64,000 nt of DNA from Candidatus Latescibacterota bacterium (GCA_965223905.1 CBDCXV010000010.1:2048001-2112000); one strand, 5' to 3'. Shown: positions 51,543 through 62,954, numbered from the stretch's first letter. Translations and numbers: made by a program. Notes: generated by a model not told the origin, from the sequence alone.

Positions 51543-52088
51543 TCAGAACTGCTTCGATACCACGATCCCCGCCGTCCCACCTACGAAACCGACCGACAAC
51601 CCGGGCCGGTGGTGGACCTTCTTCGCAGCGGCCGCATCTCCAGATCGCAGGATATCCACCACATTCAACACATAGATCCCGGCCATCGCATATGCGAAGA
51701 TCCGGCGGCGGCCATGCAGCCTGTCGAGGTCGTCGTTGAGATCGACCAGGCGCTCCCACTTGGCCTCGGCTTCCCGGTGGCTGCCCCCGTTGCGCAGGGC
51801 GTCATACTCCTTCCAGGATGTTTCATACACCTCCAGGAGGGTATTGTATTCCTCGTGCCTGTCCACCGCGGCGACCAGGGCTGCCAACCCGGTCAGAAAG
51901 AACGCCCCACCCTTCTGCTGTTGACCCGTAGCCATCTGTCCCAGACCGGGAAACAGCACGGACAGCATGACCGCCGTGTTCCGCGACACCCGGACCTCCT
52001 CGGCGAACATCTCCTCCTCGGCCCTGACCATCCAAGGCGTGCCGCAAACAAACGCCGCGCACACGACAACGCAAATCAGATTTTTCAC
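51543..52088 (-). CDS. DUF5683-like membrane protein
   Basis: AVMLSVLFPGLGQ and IYVLNVVDI motifs. GAGGAG RBS before the GTG. Confidence 0.65.
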   Translation of the reverse strand: MKNLICVVVCAAFVCGTPWMVRAEEEMFAEEVRVSRNTAVMLSVLFPGLGQMATGQQQKGGAFFLTGLAALVAAVDRHEEYNTLLEVYETSWKEYDALRNGGSHREAEAKWERLVDLNDDLDRLHGRRRIFAYAMAGIYVLNVVDILRSGDAAAAKKVHHRPGLSVGFVGGTAGIVVSKQF

Positions 52089-52260
52089 GGTTCTCCTCTC
52101 GGGGCCTTCCCGGTGCCAGCGTGCTCGAGTCCGCGTACGGAAGCTCCCGGACGCCTGACTCGCGAGGTGGGACGGCGTGGGCGGGATACCCACCGGGGAC
52201 CCAACGCAGCGATTCGGGATGCATCGGCGGCCGAATTCATGCTCTACGCGTACCCAGGTA

Positions 52261-55200
52261 TCACAGGCGATTGGCGACGATCCAATCCCTGTGCTGCCTG
52301 GCGAAATTATACACATCGGGAGTACCGACTCCCGCTTCATGACGGGCTATCACCCGGTCGTACACACTTACGGCCTGCTTCCACTCGTTCAGGGACTCGT
52401 AGGAAATGCCCATGTTGTTCAGAACCCCGAGCTCGGTCTCCGTGCCCGGGTACTCCTCGACGAGTCCCTTCATTCGGGAGAGAATGCGCCGCAACGACCG
52501 TTCGTCCTCGTTTGCCATGGCCTGGCGGAAGTCGACGGCGATCTCCTGGTACCGGGTGAAGGCCACCGCCTCCCTCAAATCCTCGATCAACTTCGGCACC
52601 TCCTCGACGAGCTCATCCTCCGGATAGGCTTTCAACAGCCCCTCATAGGCCTCCAGGGCTTTTTCGTACTCCCCTTCGTTGTAGTAGTGATCCCCGATGG
52701 TGAATTGAGCGCTGGGAGCCAGCTCGCTGTCGGGAAACTCCGCCACCAGCCGGCCCAGGCTCGCCGCCGCTTCCTCTCCGCGCCCGAGCTCCACCAACAC
52801 CCACGCACCGTTGTACAACGCCTCGTCCTGATCCGACCCGGGCCAGTCGTCCACCACCGTCGAATACGCATTCAGGGCTCGCTCATACTGCGCCAAGTTG
52901 AAATAGCTCTCCCCGATCCGCAACCAGACGTCACCCGCCGCCTCGTGTTCGGGGAAATCGGCAAGCAGCCGTTCAAACGCATCTGCGGCCAGCCCGAACT
53001 CCCTCTGACCGAAGCGGATATGTCCGAGGTAGTAGAGCGCGTGCCCCCTGTTGGCATGGTCGCCATGGCGCTTCAGGAAGCGCTCGAACTGATACACCGC
53101 TTTTTGCGGCTGCTCCATCTGCATGAGGCTCAGCCCCAACACGAAGGTCATATCCGGCGCGTACATGGAGTCCGGGTAGCGCCGCAGAGCTTCTCCGTAT
53201 ACATCTGCGGCCGAGGCGTGGTCCTCGAGGCGATTGTGGGCGTCCCCGAGCAGGAAGAGCGCCTTCTCTTCGATGGAACCGCCTTCCTCCAGCCCCTTGT
53301 CGGCAGCGACGATCTCGCCGCAGATCCGCAGGACTCGATAGTAGGCCTTCAACCCGTGATACAGCTCGGCCAGAAGAAGGAGGTATTCTGCTTTCTCCTG
53401 CAGCTCGGTGGCATTGGCGGCCAGGGACTCGTAGTTCCTGCTAGCTTCCAGCTCCCGTCCCTGTTGAATAAGGGACATCCCCAGCATGCGGCGGGCGGCC
53501 CGTTGCAGCACCGGGTCGCCCGCCTCGTCGATCACGCGCTCGAAGTCGCGGTCGGCTTCACCATGCCGGCCCAGGCTCAGCAGGGCGGTTCCCCTGGCAT
53601 ACAGGGAGCTCTCCACCAAGCGGGGATGATCCGTCGCACCGCCGATTACCTCCGTGAACGCCTCCGCGGCCTGTCCGAACTCCTTCTGTCCCGTAAATGC
53701 CTTGGCCTTGATATACATGTAGCGCGTCCGCGCCTCGGGAGTGACGGCAAAGGCCAGCGCTTCGTCGACGACCTCCAGCGCCCGTTCGAAGACCCCTTTG
53801 CGGATCAGGATCTCCCCTGCCGCCACCCGCGCATCGGCAAACAGCGGCGACTCGGATCGCACCATCAGGAATGCCTCGACGGCCTCCTCCCCCTGCTCCT
53901 GGTCGCGATGGCAGACACCCCGTTCGAAATGCGCCATCGACGCCTGTGGCGAATCGGGGAAGCGGCGGAGCAGTTCTTCATAGGTCGTCAGGGCTTCGGC
54001 ATACCCCTGCCGGTCGTAGAATATGCGGGCGACCTGAAACAGCGAGCTCTCGACGAGGGGATCATCGGGAAAGTCCGCGATGATGCCCCGGAACCCCGCC
54101 AGGGCCCTGGCCGTGGAGGACGCGTCCCCTATGAACTGCCGGCAGAGTGCGATATTGAACTCCAGGGCAACCTGCAGCCGCGTTTCGGGATAGGCCTCGA
54201 GCGTGCTCTCATACCGGGAAATCGCCTCCCGGAAAAGAGGTATGGCGATCTCCGGTTGGCCCGCCTCCAGCGCCCGCTGTCCCTTGTCGTAGTATGCCCG
54301 GCCGATATTGTACTCCGCCTCGTCCACCGGAAAGCCCGTGCGAGCCGCCACCTCATCATATCCCTTGATGTAGACCTCATACTCCTCGATGGCTTCGTCA
54401 AAACGTCCGCTTTCAGAATAGCGCCGGGCCAATTGGGATTGCATCCGGGCCTGGAAGAAGCGATCGCGCACCCGGTCGATGGCGTTCCTGTAGGTGCGGA
54501 CGGACTGCTCGAGATTCCCTATTTCATAGTACATATCCGCCAGACGCCGATATCCCTCTTCGACGAAGCCCCTTTCCGCCGAGAACAGCTCGATCACCCG
54601 CTCGAACGCCTCGGTCGCCTTGTCGAGCTCCCCCAGCTTCGCATACCCGTCGCCGATCTTTAGCTGCGCCTTGGCGGCGAGTTCCAGCGCCGTCTCGTCC
54701 ACCAGTCCCGCCAGCTTCTCCCGCCGCATCTTCATCAGATCTCGCTCGGTCAAGCCGTACACGTTGGCCCGCGCCACCAGCTGCTCGTAGTGCCTGATCG
54801 CCTTCTCGTAGTCGTTCTGGAGATAATAGCATTCGGCGATCTGAAACTGCGCCCGATCCGCCCTGAAGCCGGTGGGAGAATGCCGGATCAGCGCCTCGAA
54901 CGCCCGTATGCTCGATTCGTAGTCCCCCTGGTCATAGTGCGACCAGGCGATATCGTACAGCGCGTTCCGCACGAACTTGCTGTCGGGGTACTTCGCTATG
55001 AGAGTTTGCGCCTCGGCTATGGTCCTTTCGTAATCCTTCGCCTCGTACCAGGTCGTCACCAGACGGTTGAGCGCCAGCACCCGCAATGCTTCTACTGTTG
55101 CCTCGGATTCCACCCGCTCGAAGAATTCGACCGCCCGCTTTAGGAATGTCCGGGCTTGGCGTTCGGCCTCCTCGCGATCCTTCCGGCTCTGCGTTCTGCG

Positions 55201-55500
55201 CACCTTTTGCAACGCCTCCTGAGCCATCTTGAAACAGGCGTTGCCCGACTGGTAGAGCGCCGCTTCGGTGATCGGCGCCGTAATTTCGCCTACCGTTACG
55301 GTGACCTTCTCGACATCGAGCAGCAGGCTACGCACCTTGCCGACCTTTTCATACTGCTCGACCGCCTGGTCGTATGCCTCCGCCCCGTAGAAGCGTTGCG
55401 CTTCCTGGAAAGTGGCCTGCAGGTCCTCCTCGGTCGGCACATGTCGGGTCCAGGCCGTAACCCCCAGACCCAACGTCATCATGATCCACGCAAGAGGCAT
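52261..55500 (-). CDS. Large secreted TPR-repeat protein (BamD/YbgF-like repeats)
   Basis: Signal peptide and many repeats ending in YPDS/FPDS. Confidence 0.85.
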   Translation of the reverse strand: MPLAWIMMTLGLGVTAWTRHVPTEEDLQATFQEAQRFYGAEAYDQAVEQYEKVGKVRSLLLDVEKVTVTVGEITAPITEAALYQSGNACFKMAQEALQKVRRTQSRKDREEAERQARTFLKRAVEFFERVESEATVEALRVLALNRLVTTWYEAKDYERTIAEAQTLIAKYPDSKFVRNALYDIAWSHYDQGDYESSIRAFEALIRHSPTGFRADRAQFQIAECYYLQNDYEKAIRHYEQLVARANVYGLTERDLMKMRREKLAGLVDETALELAAKAQLKIGDGYAKLGELDKATEAFERVIELFSAERGFVEEGYRRLADMYYEIGNLEQSVRTYRNAIDRVRDRFFQARMQSQLARRYSESGRFDEAIEEYEVYIKGYDEVAARTGFPVDEAEYNIGRAYYDKGQRALEAGQPEIAIPLFREAISRYESTLEAYPETRLQVALEFNIALCRQFIGDASSTARALAGFRGIIADFPDDPLVESSLFQVARIFYDRQGYAEALTTYEELLRRFPDSPQASMAHFERGVCHRDQEQGEEAVEAFLMVRSESPLFADARVAAGEILIRKGVFERALEVVDEALAFAVTPEARTRYMYIKAKAFTGQKEFGQAAEAFTEVIGGATDHPRLVESSLYARGTALLSLGRHGEADRDFERVIDEAGDPVLQRAARRMLGMSLIQQGRELEASRNYESLAANATELQEKAEYLLLLAELYHGLKAYYRVLRICGEIVAADKGLEEGGSIEEKALFLLGDAHNRLEDHASAADVYGEALRRYPDSMYAPDMTFVLGLSLMQMEQPQKAVYQFERFLKRHGDHANRGHALYYLGHIRFGQREFGLAADAFERLLADFPEHEAAGDVWLRIGESYFNLAQYERALNAYSTVVDDWPGSDQDEALYNGAWVLVELGRGEEAAASLGRLVAEFPDSELAPSAQFTIGDHYYNEGEYEKALEAYEGLLKAYPEDELVEEVPKLIEDLREAVAFTRYQEIAVDFRQAMANEDERSLRRILSRMKGLVEEYPGTETELGVLNNMGISYESLNEWKQAVSVYDRVIARHEAGVGTPDVYNFARQHRDWIVANRL

Positions 55501-55517
55501 CAACAGACTCCTGTCGG

Positions 55518-56792
55518 CTACGTTATCCACCTTGGCCAGACAGCCTCGGCCAGGTAGAGTTGGGATCGCTCCTTCTCTCCGGCGCAGTATGCAATCCAAT
55601 TGTCATCCGGAGAGAAAACAGGGTGCGGATGAGCACCTCCCATCCAGTTGGTTCTGTGCCTGACCAGTGGACGAACCTCAAGATATGAGGAGTGATGCTT
55701 GCGAAACACCCCTATCCACTCGTGAGCGGGAAAACTCGGAGCACCGCTTTCAGGCCAGTAGTGCAACCAGTAATCATCCTCCTCTCCCCCACCGCCGTAG
55801 GCGCTGCCGTCTTCACCGCGGCCGGCGAGCCAGAGGAACCCCGGGTCGGCGCGATCGCCCGCCCACATGTCGTCGGCGTTGTTGCACTTGAAATGGGTGG
55901 GCGCCAGTCCCGGAAACACCCACCGGCTGGTCGTGCGCCGGATGAGGTCGACGTCGAGAAGCATCGCCAGCTTGTCCTGCGAAATGGGAATCCCGTCCCG
56001 GTCGTAGGCTGTGTGGCGATAATGGAACGACTCGACGTGGGCGTCGGGTGCCGGGTAGTAATGGTTGATGTAGTCATACGGCTGCTGATCGAACAGCGGC
56101 ATCGGGTCGTGGATCGGCCGCAGCCGCTCGAGATCGATCTTCATGAACCAGGCGGTCTTGATGCCCGTGGGCTGCAGCCTCGAATAGCTGCCGAACCACA
56201 CGTAGGACGGGTCGCCGCGACTGATGAAGACGTGGCTGTCGGGCGCCGCCTGGTTGTCCGCGCTCGGACCGTGGTAGACCACCTCCTGTCGCTTTTCCTC
56301 GACGTCGCACAGGACCAGCAAGCCCTCCCTGCCGAACCGATAGGTGTAGCTCTCTCGCCTGGAAGCCGCGCCGCAGCCCAGGACAAGGTAGCGCCCGCAC
56401 GACGACAGGTCAGGTGAGCCGATCGGCCCGCAGCCTTCCGGTGACTCGGCTACGACTTCCTCGCGCAACGACTCCACATCCAGGGCGAGGAATTGCCGGC
56501 CGCGTCCGAAGTAGACGATGCCGCGCCGAGCGTCGACGGTGAAGCCGCCCGACGGCTCGTCGTCCGTCAGTTGCACGATCTTGCCGGAAGCCACCTCCAC
56601 GGTGTAGAGCTGTTGCGTGCCGGTGCGGTTGGAGGTGAAAACGAAACGCTCCGAGCCACCGATGAACTGCTCCTGATTGTAATAGGCGTTCGTGTTCGCA
56701 CATGGCTGGTCCGTCAGTTGGACGACGCGGACATCCGTCGCCGGATCCGAGAACTCCTGCTTCTCGGAAGGATACACATCCCCTTTTGCCAC
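55518..56792 (-). CDS. Oligogalacturonate lyase (PL22/Ogl)-like beta-propeller
   Basis: DPATDVRVVQLT...AYY, FVFTSNRTG...GKIVQLTD and HPHPVFSPD motifs. Confidence 0.75.
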   Translation of the reverse strand: MAKGDVYPSEKQEFSDPATDVRVVQLTDQPCANTNAYYNQEQFIGGSERFVFTSNRTGTQQLYTVEVASGKIVQLTDDEPSGGFTVDARRGIVYFGRGRQFLALDVESLREEVVAESPEGCGPIGSPDLSSCGRYLVLGCGAASRRESYTYRFGREGLLVLCDVEEKRQEVVYHGPSADNQAAPDSHVFISRGDPSYVWFGSYSRLQPTGIKTAWFMKIDLERLRPIHDPMPLFDQQPYDYINHYYPAPDAHVESFHYRHTAYDRDGIPISQDKLAMLLDVDLIRRTTSRWVFPGLAPTHFKCNNADDMWAGDRADPGFLWLAGRGEDGSAYGGGGEEDDYWLHYWPESGAPSFPAHEWIGVFRKHHSSYLEVRPLVRHRTNWMGGAHPHPVFSPDDNWIAYCAGEKERSQLYLAEAVWPRWIT

Positions 56793-56862
56793 TCTTGACC
56801 CTCCCCTTGAATCAACCGCCCGCTATTTTCGCGATCTGCACCATGACCGTTCCAATACCATA

Positions 56863-59800
56863 TTAGAACAGCACGCTCTGCGCATACCCCAGGAACACGC
56901 GCACGAAGATCGACGTGGTATTGTAGCTCTCCAGGAAACGGAATTCGTCCTTGAACGTCAGCTTGTCCTGCTTGACCCCGAGATTGGTGGAAATCCGGTA
57001 CCCCGAGTAATCCGACATGTTGGAGAGGACCACCGTCGCCGTCTGCCGCTCAAAGCTGTTGCGCGGCTCGGCCAGGTCGGTTTCCTCGAACCACCAGCCC
57101 GGGACCCCCTGATAGCCCGCCTTCAGCTCCGTCGCCGGAGACAGCTCATAGCGGGCCATGAAGATGGGGACGACCGTGTTAGTGTGGTCCAACACCCGGT
57201 CTTCCGCCTCCCGCCGGGTCCGCTTCAACAAGAGCCCTTTCAGGGCCGGCTGCAGCGTCAAATTCCCCCAGCGCCACGTGTAGTCGGCCTGCTGCACCCA
57301 CGCCAGGGAACGGATCAGGTCCTCGGCTTGCTCCGAACCGTCGTCGAGCCGACCCCCATACTGACGGTTGTGTTCCAGTTTCAGCCGGGTGGTGATGCGC
57401 CAGCCGGGAAGCCACCGCAGGGTGCCCGATACGTGCAACCGGTTCGCCAGGCTGTTGCGATAGTTCAACGGATCGGGGACGAACTGCCGCGAATAGGAAA
57501 ATCGCCCCGACTCGTTCGTCAAACCGTATTTGAGCTTGACCGTCACGACGGACGCCGCCCAGCTGAAGACGTCATCCGGCACATCGTCCCACACCCGCTT
57601 CAGCTCATTCTCGATCAACCATTCACCCACCCCGGGACGCTCCCCGCTGTACCGCAGCCGGAGGTAGCGCTGGTCGTTGCGGCCTCCGCCGGCGATCTGA
57701 TGCGACTGCAGCCAGCCCACCGTCGCCCCCGCGCTCGTGAATGGCTGCCAGCGGGCATAGCCATGGGCCCCCCGCAGATCCCGGTCATAGGGAAGGTCCT
57801 CCTTCAGATCGTCCTCCCGCTTATCCACGACATCGTTGTTGTTGAAATCCAGACCGTACACGTATTCATCCGGATCCACTTGGTAGAGCAGGAAAGGCTC
57901 GAGATAGTCCGGCAGGTTATTCAGGTTGCGGTTCGTATCCGGGATGCCGTCGTTGTCGGCATCCTGCCCGGGGAACACCGATAAATCAGGGGGAGCTAGG
58001 CCCAGGATCTTGCCCTCCGGAGAGCTGTCCCCATCATCATTGTCGTCGAAAAAAGAGAAGAAGGTCGTCTTGTTCTTCAGGGAAAAATCGATTCCCTTGA
58101 GGGCGAGGTCTCCGGGCTTAACCATCAATCGCTGGCTGAACATGGGCCCGATTGAAAACAGCTCTCCCCCGAAACTGTAGCCCGCCGTCTCCCGCTCGAG
58201 CTGAACATACCCGGCCCGGTCCCGATGCTGGTGGCGCTCCCCATTTCCCTCGTAGAGCACCGGGTCGCTGCCGACCATGACCAGCTGTTCCCCGGGCACC
58301 CCGTCCCGGTAGCGGCTGTACGCGATGCTCTCCGCAAACTCCCCGCGCACCCGCAGACCCACGAGGTCCAGCGCCATGTTCACACCCCAGACCGATTGCC
58401 CGGTATCGGCCCCGATCGGAATCCGGATGCGCTCGACATTCGACAAATCCTGCACATTCCCTTCGGCGCGACGCACCGTCTTGTAGAACGGCGCGGTGTA
58501 GCGAGCATCGTGCTTGTCAGCCTTCGGATTCGTCAGACTGATGTCGGCGACTTCGATCCGGTAATCATTGCCCACCGACGCCTCCACTTCCACCGAGCGC
58601 ACGTGGGTCAGCCCCTCCAGATCGAAGTAATACACTAGGCCCTCGGTCCCATCCGCCCGCTGAACCTGGCCCGGATCCTCCCAGCCGACGAACTCGACCA
58701 GGCGATCCACGTCCGTGCTCTCGGCCACATCCTCATCGGTCGGGTCCAGCGCATAATCCCGCCGGTACAGGTAGTCGGCGAACAACGGGGTTTCCATCCC
58801 CAGATAGGGGCCCGGGGTGTGCCCTATGCTGGGATCGTAGTAGATGCTGGGCTGGAATTTCCCCGTGACCCGGCTCGTCTTCCCGACCACCGTGAACTGA
58901 TTCGTGAGATCCCGGCGCACCAGGTCCGGAGCCAGATCCGGGCGCGTTTGACCATTGACCACCAACTGCACCCCATACACCACCGGTCCGCCCCGTCCAT
59001 CACCCGGCGAATCATCTGAAATCCGCACCGCCAACAGCGCAGGGATCGTCTGACTGGCGTGCAGATCCCCCCTCAAATCGGTCGTCGGATAGCGCACATC
59101 GAACAGGTGCTGGTTGGCGAACGTGGCGCCCAACCGCAACGGCCCCGCCTCGCGCTCATAGTGCCCGGCCAGGATGATCCCCGAATCGTCGTCGGTACCG
59201 CCTTGCTGCCCCCCTCCCTGATAGTCCATATACGAGTAGGCCGCCACCAGGGTCAGGGCATCGCCGAACGGGCTCAGCACGTCCCCCCGGGCGCCATGCA
59301 GCGACACCCGGTTCAACGTCAACGGCGTGAACCGCGTGATGATCCCCTTCGTAAAGAACCCCTGCCAACCGGCTCTCCCCGAGTAGATCAGATTGCCTGC
59401 CCATCCTGAATAGTTCTGCCCTCCCATGGACAAAACCCCGTGGAAATTTCTGAGCCCGGGAGAATTGAGCATGCTGCTTCCACTCCGGATTCCCCCCGCC
59501 CTCGACTGCGCCCCGGTCCACGTGCCCAATTCCCGACCGCTGATCAGGAAGTTGCCGAGCGGATCGTAGATGTTCGACCACGGCGGTCGATCCGTCAGCG
59601 AGTCGTAGTTCCGATACCCGGTGAACGCATAGTTCTCATACACCTCCCCCGGGTCCCCCAGAAACATCCGGTCCGGGACGACCGCGGGCACCGTCGGCGT
59701 TTCCTTCCACCGGCGCTCCGCCGTCCACCTTTCCTCCTCCTGGTCCTGCGCCTCGACCCATCCCACCTCGCCCATCACCACCGTCATCGCGAACAGACAG

Positions 59801-59886
59801 AGGACGGCAGACACATGGCCCCTTCCGAAGCCGGACCGGCCCCCTGTCCTTTCCGGCCTTTTTCCTTTACGCACGATGCAGGGCAT
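56863..59886 (-). CDS. Large secreted or outer-membrane protein with DxDxDG Ca-binding loops (paralogue 1)
   Basis: Signal peptide, DDNDDGD...PGQDADNDGIPDTNRN...PDYLEPFL, amphipathic strands and a terminal Phe. Confidence 0.75.
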   Translation of the reverse strand: MPCIVRKGKRPERTGGRSGFGRGHVSAVLCLFAMTVVMGEVGWVEAQDQEEERWTAERRWKETPTVPAVVPDRMFLGDPGEVYENYAFTGYRNYDSLTDRPPWSNIYDPLGNFLISGRELGTWTGAQSRAGGIRSGSSMLNSPGLRNFHGVLSMGGQNYSGWAGNLIYSGRAGWQGFFTKGIITRFTPLTLNRVSLHGARGDVLSPFGDALTLVAAYSYMDYQGGGQQGGTDDDSGIILAGHYEREAGPLRLGATFANQHLFDVRYPTTDLRGDLHASQTIPALLAVRISDDSPGDGRGGPVVYGVQLVVNGQTRPDLAPDLVRRDLTNQFTVVGKTSRVTGKFQPSIYYDPSIGHTPGPYLGMETPLFADYLYRRDYALDPTDEDVAESTDVDRLVEFVGWEDPGQVQRADGTEGLVYYFDLEGLTHVRSVEVEASVGNDYRIEVADISLTNPKADKHDARYTAPFYKTVRRAEGNVQDLSNVERIRIPIGADTGQSVWGVNMALDLVGLRVRGEFAESIAYSRYRDGVPGEQLVMVGSDPVLYEGNGERHQHRDRAGYVQLERETAGYSFGGELFSIGPMFSQRLMVKPGDLALKGIDFSLKNKTTFFSFFDDNDDGDSSPEGKILGLAPPDLSVFPGQDADNDGIPDTNRNLNNLPDYLEPFLLYQVDPDEYVYGLDFNNNDVVDKREDDLKEDLPYDRDLRGAHGYARWQPFTSAGATVGWLQSHQIAGGGRNDQRYLRLRYSGERPGVGEWLIENELKRVWDDVPDDVFSWAASVVTVKLKYGLTNESGRFSYSRQFVPDPLNYRNSLANRLHVSGTLRWLPGWRITTRLKLEHNRQYGGRLDDGSEQAEDLIRSLAWVQQADYTWRWGNLTLQPALKGLLLKRTRREAEDRVLDHTNTVVPIFMARYELSPATELKAGYQGVPGWWFEETDLAEPRNSFERQTATVVLSNMSDYSGYRISTNLGVKQDKLTFKDEFRFLESYNTTSIFVRVFLGYAQSVLF

Positions 59887-59892
59887 CCTGGC

Positions 59893-62775
59893 CTACCAGG
59901 CCCGCCTCACCTCGGTCTGCCGCGCCTCCGAGGCCCTCAGGCCGACGATCATCCGGATGAAGAAAAGCGAGTAGTCTATGTCCTCGATCGCGCGGCTGCG
60001 ATCCTCCATCCGGCGGCGCTTGAGCTGATAGCCGGCATTGAAGCTCAGTTCGTATCCGCCGTACGAGGAGTTGTTGGTCACCATCGCCAGATAGTCTTCC
60101 GACCTGTAGTCAGCCGAATCGTTTAATATATCGCGATAGCGACCCGGCGCCTGCACACCGAGTTTCAGCGCGGTGTTGGGACTCAGCTCATAGTCCATCC
60201 GCAGGATGGGAAAGAAGTGCGCCTCGTGGGCCGGAAGCACTACCTCTTTCCGATCCGTCTTCCTCCGGGCCATGTACTTCAGTTGTGGCCTGACCGTCCA
60301 GCTTCCCCGCTTCCACACGTAGTCCGCCGCGATCACCGAGGTCCAGTCCTGGATTCGGTTGGCCTCCTGGAACGCCGTTTCCCGCTGGAAGTTCAGATCC
60401 AGTTTCGCATTCGCGCGCACGGTGAATTCCGGGAACCACTTCAACCGGCCCTCGACGAACGCGGTATTCACCACGCTGTTCCGCATGCGCAGGGGCCGAT
60501 CCTCGAACCTCGCCAGACCGATGCCCACGAGATCGGCAGAGTTCACGCCGGTGGTGCCCACCGGCGTGAACGGGCCCAACGGCCCGAAGGTATGGTCATG
60601 GGCGTATCGATTCAGTTCGTCGGGGATGGTGTCCTCGACCCTCTTCAGGAAGTTGACCGCCTGGATCCTGCCCAACGACGGCTCGTCGTTGTTGTACTCC
60701 GCCTTCGCATACCTCATCCAGTTGCGCCCCCCACCGAGGATCTGGCGCATGTCGAACAATCCCAGCGTCAGCTGCAGCCCGTTGTCCCAACTTGCCCCGG
60801 TGAACATGTGGACCCCCTTCGAATCTCTGTCGTAGGGGTAGTCGGGCTTGTCGTCATCCTCGCGGTGGTCGATGACGCCGTTGTTGTTCATGTCGTCCCC
60901 GTACGCGTAATCGTCGGGATCGACATAGTAGAGCAGGAAGGGCTCGAGGTAGTCGGGCAGGCTGTTGTTGTTCTGGTTGATGTCCGGGCGACCGTCGAGG
61001 TCGGCATCCAGTCCGGGAAACACGCCGTCGCGGTCGGACCATGCCGGCAGGAAGTGGTTCTCCGGGAAGACGTCGCGGTCGTCGTTGTCGTCGACGAGGT
61101 CCAGCTCGATGGTGTTGTTGCGCCGCTCGTCGGTCGTCCCGCCCATGGCGATGTAATAGGGGACGGTGTCGTAGAGCTGGAGACTCCCATCCTGAATGGA
61201 GAGCGTCGTAGTGTAGTGTGGGGATATGCTGAACAGCTCTCCCCCCAGGAAACCGGGCCCCAGATCCTTTTTCAGGTTGACGTAGTACGCCGGCGCCCGC
61301 CGCTGGTGATATTGCCCCCCCAGGTCGGGGTACTGTCTGAAGGCCCAGTTCATGTTGTACTCGCCGATCAACTGAAAGCCCGATACCTCCGTCGACAGGC
61401 TGACCCCTCCCAGAGTGACCCCCGTCTGCCGCCCGTAGTCGAACCCCACCCACCCAAGATTGCTCATATCCGTCACGCGCCCCTTCGATCCGGCAACCCG
61501 GTAGAAATAGGTTGCCCGGTTGCGGCGATCAGCCTGCTCCGGAGTAGCGAGGGGATTCGCGATGTACACCTCGGACACGCTGATCTCGTAGTCGTTGGCC
61601 ACCAGCGCCTCGAAGTGCACCTCGCGAGTCCCGGAGGCGGGCATGGCGAACCAGTACAGCAGGTACTCCGTGCCGCTGGCCTCCAGCCCCTGTGCTCCGG
61701 CGGTCTCCGTGGGCAGAAAAGGCTCCGCCGCCACGGAACTCTTGATGAACTCGACATACGGCGGGATGGTGCGGTTGCGCGGGAAGTGCTGATCCAGGTT
61801 CGCGTTGGGCCCGAACCGGCTTTGCTCGAGGACCTCCGTATCGTGGCGCGTGATCACGGGCCGGATGTCGTCCCTCGGCTTTCCGTTGATAGAGATGCGC
61901 ACATCGTACACGCGCGCCCCTTGGCCATCCCGCTCGGTCTCATCGGCTATCTTAACCACCAGGTAGTCGATGAACGCGGGCCGCCTGGCCACCCCGATCC
62001 CTCCCGGATCATGGACTGGCAGCGTTCCCTTCATGCTGTTCTGCGCCAGTCCCACCTGGGTGTCCACGCGGAACTGATTCAGATACGTCAACCCGAGATC
62101 GAACATCCCTATCCGGGTCTGTGTGTATCCACCCAGCAGAAACGCCGCCAACAGGCTCCGGGACAGGCCTGCAACTTCCTGCACCCTGACATCGTAACCG
62201 ACGGTGTCTTCGAAAGGCCAGACAGCCTCCAGTTCGTAGATGGGCTTGTCCAACCGGGAGCTCACCAGGGAGAAGGTGTGCCGCCCGAAATCCCCATCCC
62301 AGCGGATCCCGTTCAACGCCGCCTGATCCATCGTCAACGAGGTGAAACGGGTGCGGATCCGGTCCCCGATGATGAGCATCTGGTTGGAGCCGACGTACGA
62401 ATCCCTGGCGAGCACCAGTCTGGCTAGGTAATCGTGGTAGTACAGACCCTTTCGAAGCAGGCTTCCCGGCTCCCGGGCTTCCGTTGCCGGATCGTCGAAC
62501 ACCGGATGGGACTGGGAAAGCCGGTAGATCTCCACCCCGTCCATGAGCAGGTTGCCGAAATCATCGAAGACCAGCGCGGTGACGCGATCAAATTCCTGTC
62601 GCCCCATTCTCCGATACCCCTCGACCGCGTAGTTCTCATACTCCGGGTACGGCCGGGACAGAAGGTTGCGGCGGGACAGACGCTGTGCCTCACCCTCGCT
62701 GGCACACAGGAGGATCCCGCTCAGCAGAGAAACACTGCAGAGCAACCCGCCTCGGATGGACACCTTCCTATGCAT
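59893..62775 (-). CDS. Large secreted or outer-membrane protein (paralogue 2)
   Basis: Same motifs: YENYA..GYR, TRFTSLT, VDDNDDRD...PGLDADLDGRPD...PDYLEPFL. Confidence 0.75.
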   Translation of the reverse strand: MHRKVSIRGGLLCSVSLLSGILLCASEGEAQRLSRRNLLSRPYPEYENYAVEGYRRMGRQEFDRVTALVFDDFGNLLMDGVEIYRLSQSHPVFDDPATEAREPGSLLRKGLYYHDYLARLVLARDSYVGSNQMLIIGDRIRTRFTSLTMDQAALNGIRWDGDFGRHTFSLVSSRLDKPIYELEAVWPFEDTVGYDVRVQEVAGLSRSLLAAFLLGGYTQTRIGMFDLGLTYLNQFRVDTQVGLAQNSMKGTLPVHDPGGIGVARRPAFIDYLVVKIADETERDGQGARVYDVRISINGKPRDDIRPVITRHDTEVLEQSRFGPNANLDQHFPRNRTIPPYVEFIKSSVAAEPFLPTETAGAQGLEASGTEYLLYWFAMPASGTREVHFEALVANDYEISVSEVYIANPLATPEQADRRNRATYFYRVAGSKGRVTDMSNLGWVGFDYGRQTGVTLGGVSLSTEVSGFQLIGEYNMNWAFRQYPDLGGQYHQRRAPAYYVNLKKDLGPGFLGGELFSISPHYTTTLSIQDGSLQLYDTVPYYIAMGGTTDERRNNTIELDLVDDNDDRDVFPENHFLPAWSDRDGVFPGLDADLDGRPDINQNNNSLPDYLEPFLLYYVDPDDYAYGDDMNNNGVIDHREDDDKPDYPYDRDSKGVHMFTGASWDNGLQLTLGLFDMRQILGGGRNWMRYAKAEYNNDEPSLGRIQAVNFLKRVEDTIPDELNRYAHDHTFGPLGPFTPVGTTGVNSADLVGIGLARFEDRPLRMRNSVVNTAFVEGRLKWFPEFTVRANAKLDLNFQRETAFQEANRIQDWTSVIAADYVWKRGSWTVRPQLKYMARRKTDRKEVVLPAHEAHFFPILRMDYELSPNTALKLGVQAPGRYRDILNDSADYRSEDYLAMVTNNSSYGGYELSFNAGYQLKRRRMEDRSRAIEDIDYSLFFIRMIVGLRASEARQTEVRRAW

Positions 62776-62954
62776 GATCCTGATCGTATGAAGTCCTCGT
62801 CAACGATTTCGCCCCTTGTCGCACAGGACCGTCAATCTCGCCACCGTATCCCGTTCACGGGTGGGACCGCGCCCGCCTGTTGCGATATCGTCGTGCATCA
62901 CTGCCCGGAGACTCCTTCTGGTTCCGGCCGCGCCCGGGCCTCGGCGCGCAGCCG

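Noticed and set aside
52177-54663. Long antisense or alternate-frame ORFs (also 24534..26462, 24599..26470, 47868..49805, 60217..62427)
   Set aside because: Expected stop-poor shadows of GC-rich genes, with no recognisable motifs.
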